Assembly (NCBI GenBank): GCA_016936665.1 | Contig: JAFGXI010000010.1 | Location: 5,868 to 69,867, forward strand | Direction of reading: 5' to 3' | Length of the DNA: 64,000 nucleotides | Source: Bacteroidales bacterium | GTDB lineage: Bacteria; Bacteroidota; Bacteroidia; Bacteroidales; JAFGXI01 | In this document: piece after piece, positions 8,271-17,791 of the stretch | Position numbering within the stretch: the stretch's first letter is position 1 | Layout: every line of letters starts with the position of its first letter | The notes under the pieces: generated by a model | Database searches by the model: none | What the model was told of the DNA's origin: nothing | The model's input: the letters and a program-made list of their open reading frames with translations, nothing else | Made by a program: the position numbers and the translations under genes

Positions 8271-11200
8271 ATGACAATATCAGCATATAATATTTCAAAC
8301 TCGAAAATTAAAAAAGTATTGATTCTCGGCTCAGGCGCCTTAAAGATTGGAGAAGCAGGCGAGTTCGATTACTCCGGATCTCAAGCGATTAAAGCCTTAA
8401 AGGAAGAAGCAATTGAGGTTGTGCTTATCAACCCAAACATTGCCACAGTTCAGACTTCTGAGGGCTTAGCTGATAAAGTATATTTCTTACCGCTTACCAC
8501 AGAATTTGTAGAGAGAGTTATAGAAAAAGAAAAACCACAAGGTATTTTATTGGCTTTTGGTGGACAAACCGCCTTAAATTGTGGTGTCGATTTGAACGAT
8601 AAAGGTATTCTGGCAAAACACAACATAGAAGTTTTAGGCACTCCCATTTCGGCTATTAAAATGACTGAAGACCGCGATTTGTTCGTCAAACAACTCAACA
8701 GCATCGATGTAAAAACAGCCAGATCTATCGCGGTAAATTCAGAAAACGAAGCTATTGTAGCCGCTCAAACCATAGGCTACCCAATAATTGTACGAGCAGC
8801 CTATACATTAGGCGGGCAAGGCAGTGGTTTTTGCAACAACGACGAAGAGCTTATTCAATTGGCAAAAAATGCTTTTTCTTATGCGCCTCAGATATTAATT
8901 GAAGAATCGCTTAAAGGCTGGAAAGAAATTGAATACGAAGTTGTTAGAGATAGCAATGGCAATTGCATTACCGTTTGTAATATGGAAAACTTCGATCCTC
9001 TAGGTATTCATACCGGAGAAAGTATTGTGGTTGCACCATCGCAAACCCTTAATAATAGCGAATTTCATAAATTAAGATCTATCGCCATAAAAATTATTCA
9101 ATCCATAGGAATAGTTGGGGAGTGTAATGTACAATACGCACTAGACCCAAAGTCGGAAGATTACCGAGTCATTGAAGTCAATGCAAGACTTTCGCGTTCA
9201 TCAGCTTTAGCATCAAAAGCAACAGGTTATCCACTGGCTTTTGTAGCAGCAAAACTGGCTTTAGGTTATCATTTACCAGAATTAAAAAACGCTGTAACTA
9301 AAACCACACCTGCATTTTTCGAACCTGCATTAGATTATATCGTTTGTAAAATTCCTCGTTGGGATTTGGGTAAATTTAATGGTGTTAATCGTCAAATTGG
9401 TTCATCGATGAAGAGTGTTGGCGAAATAATGGCCATTGGTAAAAGTTTCGAAGAAGTGATTCAAAAAGGTTTAAGAATGATTGGGCAAGGCATGCACGGC
9501 TTTACGGCAAACAAAGCCTTTCGTGTCGATAACATTGAAAAAGCATTGAGCCAGCCTACCGACCAACGTATTTTTGTAATTGCTCAAGCTTTACAGGAAG
9601 GATGGAGCATTGGCGAGGTTCATCAATTAACAGGTATCGACCCTTGGTATCTTAACAAACTTCAACATATTTTGGATATTGAAAAGAACTTATCTAAGTT
9701 TAATAAACTTGAAGAACTAAATAAAGACATTCTAACGGAGGCTAAACAGAATGGTTTTTCCGATTTCCAAATTGCTCGAACGGTTTTAAAAAGTGGCAAT
9801 CTCGCTATTGACGATGATTTAATAAAAGTAAGAAATTACAGACAATCCATCGGCGTTAAACCCATTGTTAAACAAATAGATACGCTTGCAGGAGAGTTTC
9901 CTGCACAAACCAATTATTTGTACTTAACCTATCATGGTCGGCAACACGATGTAAGTTTTAATAATGACAAACAATCGGTCATTGTATTAGGTTCTGGGGC
10001 ATACAGAATTGGCAGCAGTGTAGAATTCGATTGGAGTAGTGTCAACGCATTACAAACGGCTCAAAAAGAAGGATATAACGCAATTATGATCAACTATAAT
10101 CCCGAAACTGTAAGTACCGATTACGATATTTGCGACCGATTATATTTCGATGAGTTAACCCTCGAACGCGTTCTCGACATTCAGGAATACGAGCAATCGA
10201 AAGGAATTATTGTTTCAGTTGGCGGTCAAATTCCAAATACGCTTGCTCCTAGGCTGAACGAACTAAATATCCCGATTTTAGGCACTTCTGCCTTATCTAT
10301 CGACCGTGCTGAAGACCGGCATAAGTTTTCGTCGATGCTAGATCAACTCAATATTGATCAACCACGTTGGAAAGAATTTACAGCCATCGAACAGATTGAA
10401 TCGTTTATCGAGGAAGTCGGTTTTCCTTTGCTAATAAGGCCATCTTACGTTCTTTCGGGAGCGGCTATGAATGTGGTTTCGAACGCCCAAGAGCTTCATC
10501 ATTTTCTAAATTTAGCTACTAAAGTTTCTAAACAACACCCTGTAGTAGTGTCTGAGTTTATTGAACAAGCGAAAGAAATAGAGTTCGACGCAGTTGCTCA
10601 AAACGGGATTATTAAACGTTATGCAATTTCTGAACACATCGAGTTTGCCGGCGTTCATTCGGGAGATGCGACATTGGTTTTCCCTCCACAAAAAGTATAT
10701 TTCGAAACCATCAGAAGGATTAAAAAAGTCGCCAAAAAAATTGCACAAGAGCTAAACATAAGTGGACCTTTCAATATTCAATTTCTAGCAAAAGACAATG
10801 CCGTAAAGGTTATTGAATGTAATTTAAGAGCTTCGAGAAGTTTTCCTTTTGTATCAAAAATATTGAAAGAAAATTTTATTGAAGTTGCTACAAAAATCAT
10901 GTTAGGCAAAACCGTTGATGATGCTCAAAAATCGATTTTCGATATTGATTATATTGGCGTAAAAGCATCGCAATTCTCGTTTTCGAGACTTAGTTTGGCC
11001 GATCCTGTATTAGGTGTGGATATGGCTTCGACCGGAGAAGTGGCCTGCTTGGGCGAAGATTATTACGAAACGGTTTTAAAAGCTATGCTTTCTGTGGGGT
11101 ATAAAGCCCCCCAAAAGGGCGTTTTAATTTCGAGTGGCGATGCTCGTTCAAAGGTTGAATTATTGCAAGCTTGCAAATTATTGATAAAAGAACAAATTCC

Positions 11201-11522
11201 AATTTTTGCTTCAAAAGGTAGTGCAAGTTACTTAAAACAACATGGTTTAGCGGTAACAGAAGTTGCTTGGCCTGACGAAGATTTACCAAATAATGTGATT
11301 GAATTGCTAAAAGAGAAAAAGGTCGATTTTGTTGTAAATATTCCAAAAAATTTGAGCGAATGTGAATTACAAAACGATTATAAAATCCGACGTACTGCCA
11401 TCGATTTGAATATTCCTCTTATAACCAACGCTAGACTGGCAAGTGCTTTCATTTTGGCAACAAGCTACAAAAAAATGAACGATTTATGTATTAAATCGTG
11501 GTCGGAGTATGGTACATCTTAA
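8271..11522 (+). CDS. carB: Carbamoyl-phosphate synthase large subunit
   Basis: 1083 aa with two ATP-grasp halves (VLILGSGALKIGEAGEFDYSGSQA and VIVLGSGAYRIGSSVEFDWS), an oligomerisation region and an MGS-like C-terminus. Confidence 0.96.
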   Translation: MTISAYNISNSKIKKVLILGSGALKIGEAGEFDYSGSQAIKALKEEAIEVVLINPNIATVQTSEGLADKVYFLPLTTEFVERVIEKEKPQGILLAFGGQTALNCGVDLNDKGILAKHNIEVLGTPISAIKMTEDRDLFVKQLNSIDVKTARSIAVNSENEAIVAAQTIGYPIIVRAAYTLGGQGSGFCNNDEELIQLAKNAFSYAPQILIEESLKGWKEIEYEVVRDSNGNCITVCNMENFDPLGIHTGESIVVAPSQTLNNSEFHKLRSIAIKIIQSIGIVGECNVQYALDPKSEDYRVIEVNARLSRSSALASKATGYPLAFVAAKLALGYHLPELKNAVTKTTPAFFEPALDYIVCKIPRWDLGKFNGVNRQIGSSMKSVGEIMAIGKSFEEVIQKGLRMIGQGMHGFTANKAFRVDNIEKALSQPTDQRIFVIAQALQEGWSIGEVHQLTGIDPWYLNKLQHILDIEKNLSKFNKLEELNKDILTEAKQNGFSDFQIARTVLKSGNLAIDDDLIKVRNYRQSIGVKPIVKQIDTLAGEFPAQTNYLYLTYHGRQHDVSFNNDKQSVIVLGSGAYRIGSSVEFDWSSVNALQTAQKEGYNAIMINYNPETVSTDYDICDRLYFDELTLERVLDIQEYEQSKGIIVSVGGQIPNTLAPRLNELNIPILGTSALSIDRAEDRHKFSSMLDQLNIDQPRWKEFTAIEQIESFIEEVGFPLLIRPSYVLSGAAMNVVSNAQELHHFLNLATKVSKQHPVVVSEFIEQAKEIEFDAVAQNGIIKRYAISEHIEFAGVHSGDATLVFPPQKVYFETIRRIKKVAKKIAQELNISGPFNIQFLAKDNAVKVIECNLRASRSFPFVSKILKENFIEVATKIMLGKTVDDAQKSIFDIDYIGVKASQFSFSRLSLADPVLGVDMASTGEVACLGEDYYETVLKAMLSVGYKAPQKGVLISSGDARSKVELLQACKLLIKEQIPIFASKGSASYLKQHGLAVTEVAWPDEDLPNNVIELLKEKKVDFVVNIPKNLSECELQNDYKIRRTAIDLNIPLITNARLASAFILATSYKKMNDLCIKSWSEYGTS

Positions 11523-12055
11523 GAAGAAAACGAGAGAATTTTTAGAAAATTTAACACGCCAATAATTACGATGATAAATAAAACTGTGAGGAAAATAGCT
11601 AAGGTTAATCGCGATTGTTTTTTCTTCTCTTTGATAACTCGCTCGCTAATAATCCACTTGATTGTGTTTTGAATTCTGATATACGAGTTCTCATTCTTTT
11701 TAATACAAACTTCAGCTCCCAACTTTTTCATTTTGTCTGAAACTGCTTGCGAAACAAAACCGGACAATATAATTACATGAACATCTTGAGAAATTTCTTT
11801 AATGTACTTAAGAATCTCTAAGCCGTCTTTAGAATTATTATCAGAAGTACTTAAGTTATAATCTAATATTACAATTTGAATCTGATTTTTTTTTACCTGA
11901 TTGCTAATGTAATAATGCAAAAAATCCTCTCCACTTCTGAAAGGCAAAACATTATACTGTGTTGTTTTTTTAAACTTATTATCGAGTATTTTCAGTAATA
12001 AAACATCATCGTCTACCAGATAGATGTTTACATCCGTTTCTTTAAAACCAAACAT
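11519..12055 (-). CDS. Stand-alone response-regulator receiver domain protein with a C-terminal transmembrane anchor
   Basis: Has a CheY-like fold signature (IYLVDDD acidic pocket, ILDYNL phospho-acceptor Asp, ILSG, KK). The C-terminal hydrophobic helix is LTLAIFLTVLFIIVIIGVLNFL, and there is no output domain. Confidence 0.7.
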   Translation of the reverse strand: MFGFKETDVNIYLVDDDVLLLKILDNKFKKTTQYNVLPFRSGEDFLHYYISNQVKKNQIQIVILDYNLSTSDNNSKDGLEILKYIKEISQDVHVIILSGFVSQAVSDKMKKLGAEVCIKKNENSYIRIQNTIKWIISERVIKEKKKQSRLTLAIFLTVLFIIVIIGVLNFLKILSFSS

Positions 12056-12063
12056 GTAACAGA

Positions 12064-13566
12064 TTAATTTTGATGTTCTTTACGAAGTAAATCATTAATT
12101 GTTTTAACCGGATTAAAAGTCTCTATGGGTATTTCTACAAATATAGTACTCCAATTGGCCATAGCTCCATTCCACAAGCCCGGATGCTCGAGCGCTAATA
12201 TATCTTTTCCTTGGTACGATTTACCGGAAATAAAAACTGCATCAGGATCGGTAAATGACTTTAAATCAATTTTTTTGCCGTTCACATCGCTCAAACTACA
12301 AACTAAATCGACAGGGTTAAAATGTGATGCATCTTTTAAAATTGAGGCTTGTTCTTCGTTTTTCAAATCGATTTGAGAACTTTCCACAATTTGCAAACTT
12401 ATTCTACCTAAATCGTCTTTTACCCAAAACGGGCCTCCACCCGGTTCTCCTTCGTTTTTAACCATTCCGCATACCCGAATTGGTCGATTTAATATTTCTT
12501 TAAAGTATTGTACTTTTTGTGCTGGCGTAAAAGCGCATAATCGCCGCCAAAAAACGCCTAAATCATGTTCTATAAAATCGCGGATTTTTAAATTAAATTT
12601 TTCGTCTTGTCCATCGTAATTTTCTAATGAAGACAAATGCTCGGCTATTTGATGTTTAATATCGATGAGTTTACCTGCAAGTATTTTTTTATAGGTACTA
12701 GTGTAACTGTAAACCGATTCGGCACACACGTTGTCTATGTTTTTCACAAAAACAATATCAGCTTCAATATCGTTTAAGTTGTCGAGTAAGGCGCCATGCC
12801 CTCCCGGACGCAGCAGAATTGTCTCATCTTCCAACACAACGGGGCTGTTATCTGCATAAACGGCAATTGTATCGGTATGGCTTTTCTGAAAGCTGATATT
12901 GTAAGTTATCTGATTGGCATTTAACTGTTCTTTCGCTTCTTCGATTGCGCTAATAAATGCATCTTTAAAATTTTCTTGTACTGTAAACTCAAGGTGAGCT
13001 TTTTCTCCCACGTAATCAATAGCTTCTTTAATATGTTCGTACACCGGAGTTACGGCTTTTGCCATGGAATTGATATGAAAACGAAGCAGTCCTTTTGGTA
13101 AATTACCATAAGACAAGCCTTTGTCGGTAACCAGATATTCTACAACTGTTTTATAATCTTTTGTTTTTAAAAGTTGATCAATTGAAAGCCCATCTTTAGC
13201 TATAACCAATTTTAAATCATTATAGAAAGCAAACTTTTTTATTCCCGAAATAAATTTTCCAACATCCGAATTTTCTTTTCCATCTTCTAAGAAAGAATAA
13301 AGAGATTTAAACATTCGTGTAGCTGCTCCCGAGGCTGGAATAAATTTAGCAATTTTATACTGTTTCTTTTGCTGATTATATACCTCAAGATAATTGCTGA
13401 TCCTTTGTTCATCTAAACGTTCAATTCCATCTACAAGTCTTGCAGGTCTTAATAAGTTTAAAAATTTAGTGCCTTTTTTAAATTGATCTAACTGATTAAA
13501 TATTGTGCTAATATCAAAACCTTTTTTTTCAAAAAATTTAATTTGCTGATCGGAGAATGTTTTCAT
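12064..13566 (-). CDS. DUF4301-type protein of about 500 aa; possible nucleotidyltransferase-like fold
   Basis: The size and overall sequence resemble the Bacteroidota DUF4301 family as I remember it. The PASGAATRMF and RPGGHGAL motifs resemble UDPGP-type pyrophosphorylase loops. Confidence 0.55.
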   Translation of the reverse strand: MKTFSDQQIKFFEKKGFDISTIFNQLDQFKKGTKFLNLLRPARLVDGIERLDEQRISNYLEVYNQQKKQYKIAKFIPASGAATRMFKSLYSFLEDGKENSDVGKFISGIKKFAFYNDLKLVIAKDGLSIDQLLKTKDYKTVVEYLVTDKGLSYGNLPKGLLRFHINSMAKAVTPVYEHIKEAIDYVGEKAHLEFTVQENFKDAFISAIEEAKEQLNANQITYNISFQKSHTDTIAVYADNSPVVLEDETILLRPGGHGALLDNLNDIEADIVFVKNIDNVCAESVYSYTSTYKKILAGKLIDIKHQIAEHLSSLENYDGQDEKFNLKIRDFIEHDLGVFWRRLCAFTPAQKVQYFKEILNRPIRVCGMVKNEGEPGGGPFWVKDDLGRISLQIVESSQIDLKNEEQASILKDASHFNPVDLVCSLSDVNGKKIDLKSFTDPDAVFISGKSYQGKDILALEHPGLWNGAMANWSTIFVEIPIETFNPVKTINDLLRKEHQN

Positions 13567-13697
13567 AATTGATTCGAATTGTTAAACAAATATATATTAA
13601 TTCCATTGTTTACAAAAGGCAGAAATGTGTTTAAGAGCTTTATCGTATCTTAAACTGCATTATTTTTTGTAATGTTTCGATTATAATAAATAAAATC

Positions 13698-13705
13698 TAC
13701 TTTTG
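13698..13705 (+). promoter_or_regulatory. Candidate -7 promoter box (TActTTTG)
   Basis: Matches TAnnTTTG 36 nt upstream of ATG 13741. Confidence 0.25.
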
Positions 13706-13740
13706 GTTTTAATTAACTATTTTTTAAAAAAATAATTACA

Positions 13741-14577
13741 ATGAATTTCAAATATCATTTCAACGCAAAAGGTGGTTTAAAGCTAGTTTTTGTGTTATTT
13801 TTTTCTCTAACTCTTTCGAACTGTACGCTTGAAAAAAGAACCTACCGTTCTGGCTATTACTTAGATGTTACGGCTCGTACATCGGCTAACGACATTAGCA
13901 ATTTAAATAAAAAAACATTTAAAAGAGCTTCAAAAAAGATTAATGCACAAAACATAGAGATTCCAACTAATTTGCTCAGCAGTAAAGACACAAACTGGGT
14001 AACTATAGAAAACACAGCTTCGTTTCCAAACACAAGCCCGCCCGATAGTTCAACAAATAGTGTCCCAGATAGTATTTCTACTTCTACTCAAGCCGAAGAC
14101 CCCTCGAATAAAATAAAACCCGATTTAATAATCTTGCAAACAGGAAATGAAATAAGAGGCAAGGTTTACGAAATTTCCGATCAATTAGTGAAGTATAAAA
14201 AAATTGAAAACATCGATGGACCAATGTATTCTCTTGCAAAAGGAACAGTCTTTATGATTCAATATTCCAATGGAACACGAGAATACATTAAACCTGTCGG
14301 CACAAACAGAGAGCAATCTACATATGATAGAAAAGAAGACAGCAATTCTCCGGTGAACAACAAACCTGCACATAAAAGTGGAGCCATGGGAGCAATATCG
14401 TTCACTTTGGGTATTTTGGGTTTATTTATATTTGGTTTGCTTGCTGGTATAGGCGCAATAATATTAGCCGTTTTAAATATCGGACAAAACAGAAAACTAA
14501 AAGGACTTGCTGTTGTTGGTTTGATTTTAGGAATATTCGACGTCCTAGCTGTTGTTTACATTTTATCGACGATGTAG
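13741..14577 (+). CDS. Hypothetical lipoprotein/membrane protein with a DUF4190-like C-terminal membrane region
   Basis: Lipobox-like LTLSNC, a Ser/Thr/Pro-rich linker, and two C-terminal glycine-rich TM helices (GAISFTLGILGLFIFGLLAGIGAIILAV, GLAVVGLILGIFDVLAVVYIL). Confidence 0.6.
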   Translation: MNFKYHFNAKGGLKLVFVLFFSLTLSNCTLEKRTYRSGYYLDVTARTSANDISNLNKKTFKRASKKINAQNIEIPTNLLSSKDTNWVTIENTASFPNTSPPDSSTNSVPDSISTSTQAEDPSNKIKPDLIILQTGNEIRGKVYEISDQLVKYKKIENIDGPMYSLAKGTVFMIQYSNGTREYIKPVGTNREQSTYDRKEDSNSPVNNKPAHKSGAMGAISFTLGILGLFIFGLLAGIGAIILAVLNIGQNRKLKGLAVVGLILGIFDVLAVVYILSTM

Positions 14578-14637
14578 TATTTATGAAAAACAAAAACAAG
14601 GTTTCATTTTTTTATATTATTTTAGATAAAAAAAAAG

Positions 14638-15171
14638 ATGAACACAAAAATACTATTAATCTCGCTTTCAATATTGTCGTTGTTAAGCGCCTGTCATAAA
14701 GATGAAACGGACACCAATACTTGTGGTTCTGACATATTTGAAACAACAATAAATTCAATACCAGACATTTCCTATTTTAGCTTGATAGATATTGATACAG
14801 CAAACAACACCTACACTATTGCATACAATGGAGATACATACAATAACATTTGTCCACAAAAAGAAGTAGAGGTAACAGTTAACACCACTGGCGACTATCT
14901 TTCCGTATCTGCTTCCATTTTTTGGTCGGAGAATAACCAAGAAGATTTGGTTCTTACTCAAGCTCATCCTATAGAAACATGGACAAGTACAACTAAAAAC
15001 TTCAGCATTGCCAATGTATATGGCGATAACGCAGGAAAGATATGGGTGAATGTTTACTTTAAAGTAGCTTACACCGACAACGAAACAGACTTAACGAGTA
15101 TTTACAATCATTTTAAAAATCATTTTTCGGGCTTATATATCAACCCTTACGCATTCGAGTACATCCCATAA
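14638..15171 (+). CDS. Hypothetical lipoprotein
   Basis: Signal peptide with lipobox LSLLSAC. I recognise no domain. Confidence 0.55.
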   Translation: MNTKILLISLSILSLLSACHKDETDTNTCGSDIFETTINSIPDISYFSLIDIDTANNTYTIAYNGDTYNNICPQKEVEVTVNTTGDYLSVSASIFWSENNQEDLVLTQAHPIETWTSTTKNFSIANVYGDNAGKIWVNVYFKVAYTDNETDLTSIYNHFKNHFSGLYINPYAFEYIP

Positions 15172-16461
15172 ATGATAAATAACGAAAAAATTGCTGTTTT
15201 TTGGTTTCGTAGAGATTTGCGTTTGGAAGACAACGTAGCACTTTATCATGCATTGACTTCAAATTTTTCAGTTCTTCCCATCTTCATCTTCGACCCAAAT
15301 ATTTTAAACGAACTAGATAGAAACGATTCGAGAGTCAGTTTTATATATCAAACTTTATTCACAATTAATTTCGATTTAAAGCAGTACAACAGCGGTTTAA
15401 AAATTTATTTCGACGAACCCCTCGATGCTTGGAAAAAAATTGTTAGTGAATTTAATGTCGCAAAAGTCTTCTACAATAGCGATTACGAGCCCTATGCAAA
15501 AGGAAGAGACACCGAAATAAATACATTTCTTGCTGCGTATGAAATTGAGGTTCAATCTTTTAAAGACCATGTTATTTTTGAAAAAAATGAAATTTTAAAA
15601 AGCGACGAAACCCCTTATACCATTTTTACGCCATACAAAAACACATGGCTTAATCGATTCTCTTCTGAGCTTCTAAAAACTAATAAATCCAGGCTCTCTG
15701 CTTTTATCAAACAACAATTTCATTTCCCGGAATTGTCTGAGATTGGTTTTGAATTATCATCAAAAAAAGTAAAACCATTTAATATTGACGAGCTAAGCAA
15801 TTACCACAACAGTAGAGATATTCCTTCAATAGAAGGCACCAGCAATTTAGGTCCTCACTTGCGATTTGGAACCATTAGCATTCGAGTATTAATTTCAAAA
15901 ATATTAGGAAACGACCTTTTTTTAAGTGAGCTTATTTGGAGAGAATTCTTTATGCAAATTCTATGGCACTTCCCGAGAGTTGTTCATAATAACTTTAAAA
16001 GGAAATACGACGGAATACAATGGCAAAACAATAAAACAGAATTTAAAAAATGGTGCAATGGCGAGACCGGTTATCCATTGGTCGATGCAGGTATGCGACA
16101 ACTAAACGAAACCGGATATATGCACAACAGAGTACGCATGGTAACGGCTAGCTTTTTATGTAAACATTTGCTTATAGATTGGCGGTGGGGCGAAGCCTAT
16201 TTTGCAAAACACCTTTTAGACTTCGATTTATCTTCAAACAACGGAAATTGGCAATGGGCAGCAGGCACAGGTTGCGATGCCGCTCCTTACTTTAGGGTTT
16301 TCAACCCTAGCGAGCAACAAAAAAAATTCGACCCGAAAGCTATTTATATCAGAAAATGGGTTAAAGAATTCGACAGCTTATGTTACCCTCAACCTATGGT
16401 CGATCATAAAGAAGCAAGAGATAGGGCCATCAGAACATACAAAGAAGGAATACTAAAATAA
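15172..16461 (+). CDS. Cryptochrome/photolyase family protein, probable deoxyribodipyrimidine photolyase
   Basis: The N-terminus reads FWFRRDLRLEDNVAL. The FAD-binding C-terminus reads NNGNWQWAAGTGCDAAPYFRVFNPSEQQKKFDP. Confidence 0.85.
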   Translation: MINNEKIAVFWFRRDLRLEDNVALYHALTSNFSVLPIFIFDPNILNELDRNDSRVSFIYQTLFTINFDLKQYNSGLKIYFDEPLDAWKKIVSEFNVAKVFYNSDYEPYAKGRDTEINTFLAAYEIEVQSFKDHVIFEKNEILKSDETPYTIFTPYKNTWLNRFSSELLKTNKSRLSAFIKQQFHFPELSEIGFELSSKKVKPFNIDELSNYHNSRDIPSIEGTSNLGPHLRFGTISIRVLISKILGNDLFLSELIWREFFMQILWHFPRVVHNNFKRKYDGIQWQNNKTEFKKWCNGETGYPLVDAGMRQLNETGYMHNRVRMVTASFLCKHLLIDWRWGEAYFAKHLLDFDLSSNNGNWQWAAGTGCDAAPYFRVFNPSEQQKKFDPKAIYIRKWVKEFDSLCYPQPMVDHKEARDRAIRTYKEGILK

Positions 16462-16599
16462 TTTTTCCAATTTTATTATAAGATGTTATCCTTTTGTAGA
16501 TAAAATCTTTTCGTAAATATTCACTTGATTTTCGGTTACACTGAAAATTATTTTTCTAATTTAGTTGTTCTTCAATGAATAACGATTAAACTCACTTAA

Positions 16600-17664
16600 A
16601 TGGCTCGTTTTGTCAAACTTAACAAAGAATCAATAGGAATATCTCCAGATGCCATCACATTTTTAGGCGATAAAAAAGTAGATACTGCTAAGTGCAGTCT
16701 TTTCTCATACAATTCTGAAGAATTAACAGAATCGCAAGAATACAACTTAAATCAGTTGTACAATAACGAAACTCAAAGCCTTGTCAATTGGATTAACATT
16801 CATGGGTTACACGATATTGAAATGATGTCGAAACTGCAACAATTCTTTAATATCGACCCATTAATTATTTCGAACATCTTAAACCCTAATACCCGCCCTA
16901 AAATACTCGAATACTCCGACAGTATGCTAATCACCCTAAAGATGATTCGCTTAGACCAGAAAACATATCGTATTTTCTCAGACAATCTAAGCTTGGTTAT
17001 TCATAAAAACTATTTAATTAGCATACAAGAGCAAAAAGCTGGAGTATTCGATGCAGTTAGAGAACGTCTTCGTCAAAACAAACCCAGAATTAGAAAAAAT
17101 GGCCCCGATTATCTTGCCTTTGCTCTTATGGACATTGTTATCGATAATTATATTTACATCATCAGCAAAATTGGCGAAAAAATCGAAGCCTTAGAAGATC
17201 AATTATACAAATCTCCTCATTCTAAAATAAACGAAGAAATCAACTTTTATAAAAGGGAAATTAATTACCTAAGAAAAATCGTACTACCTTGTAAAGAATT
17301 GATATATAATTTATTAAAGCTAGATACTGAAAAAATAAACGATCATATCGATGTGCACTGGAGAGAATTGCAAGACAACATTAATTTGGCGCACGAAACC
17401 ATCGAAAACTATAACGAGATTCTCAAAGACCAACTCAACATGTACCAAACATACATGAGTAATAAATTGAATGAAATCATGAAATTTTTGACAATTTTTT
17501 CGGTGATTTTTATTCCGCTCACTTTTATTGCCGGCATTTATGGTACAAACTTCGACTATCTGCCAGAGTTGCATTACCAATATGCTTACCCACTAATGTG
17601 GTTAGTTATGGTTTTGTTGGCACTTGGCATGCTGATTTATTTCAAGTATAAAAAATGGTTTTAA
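16600..17664 (+). CDS. corA: CorA-family divalent cation transporter with a non-canonical GTN signature
   Basis: 354 aa. A cytoplasmic funnel domain is followed by two C-terminal TM helices, with YGTNFDYLPE where CorA normally has YGMNF. Confidence 0.8.
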   Translation: MARFVKLNKESIGISPDAITFLGDKKVDTAKCSLFSYNSEELTESQEYNLNQLYNNETQSLVNWINIHGLHDIEMMSKLQQFFNIDPLIISNILNPNTRPKILEYSDSMLITLKMIRLDQKTYRIFSDNLSLVIHKNYLISIQEQKAGVFDAVRERLRQNKPRIRKNGPDYLAFALMDIVIDNYIYIISKIGEKIEALEDQLYKSPHSKINEEINFYKREINYLRKIVLPCKELIYNLLKLDTEKINDHIDVHWRELQDNINLAHETIENYNEILKDQLNMYQTYMSNKLNEIMKFLTIFSVIFIPLTFIAGIYGTNFDYLPELHYQYAYPLMWLVMVLLALGMLIYFKYKKWF

Positions 17665-17791
17665 TCAAATATTAAAACTTTAAAACAAAACATAGATAAG
17701 TAAAAAACAGACAACATCTGATGAATAGTAAAACTGCAAAACAACACTTTTTCATTATTATTTTCAGATATAGTCACAAAATTCTAATCCA

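Noticed and set aside
16462-16599. Possible Mg2+ (M-box) riboswitch in the leader upstream of corA.
   Set aside because: The region is only about 138 nt long and very AT-rich, and I could not find the extended GC-containing helices an M-box needs.
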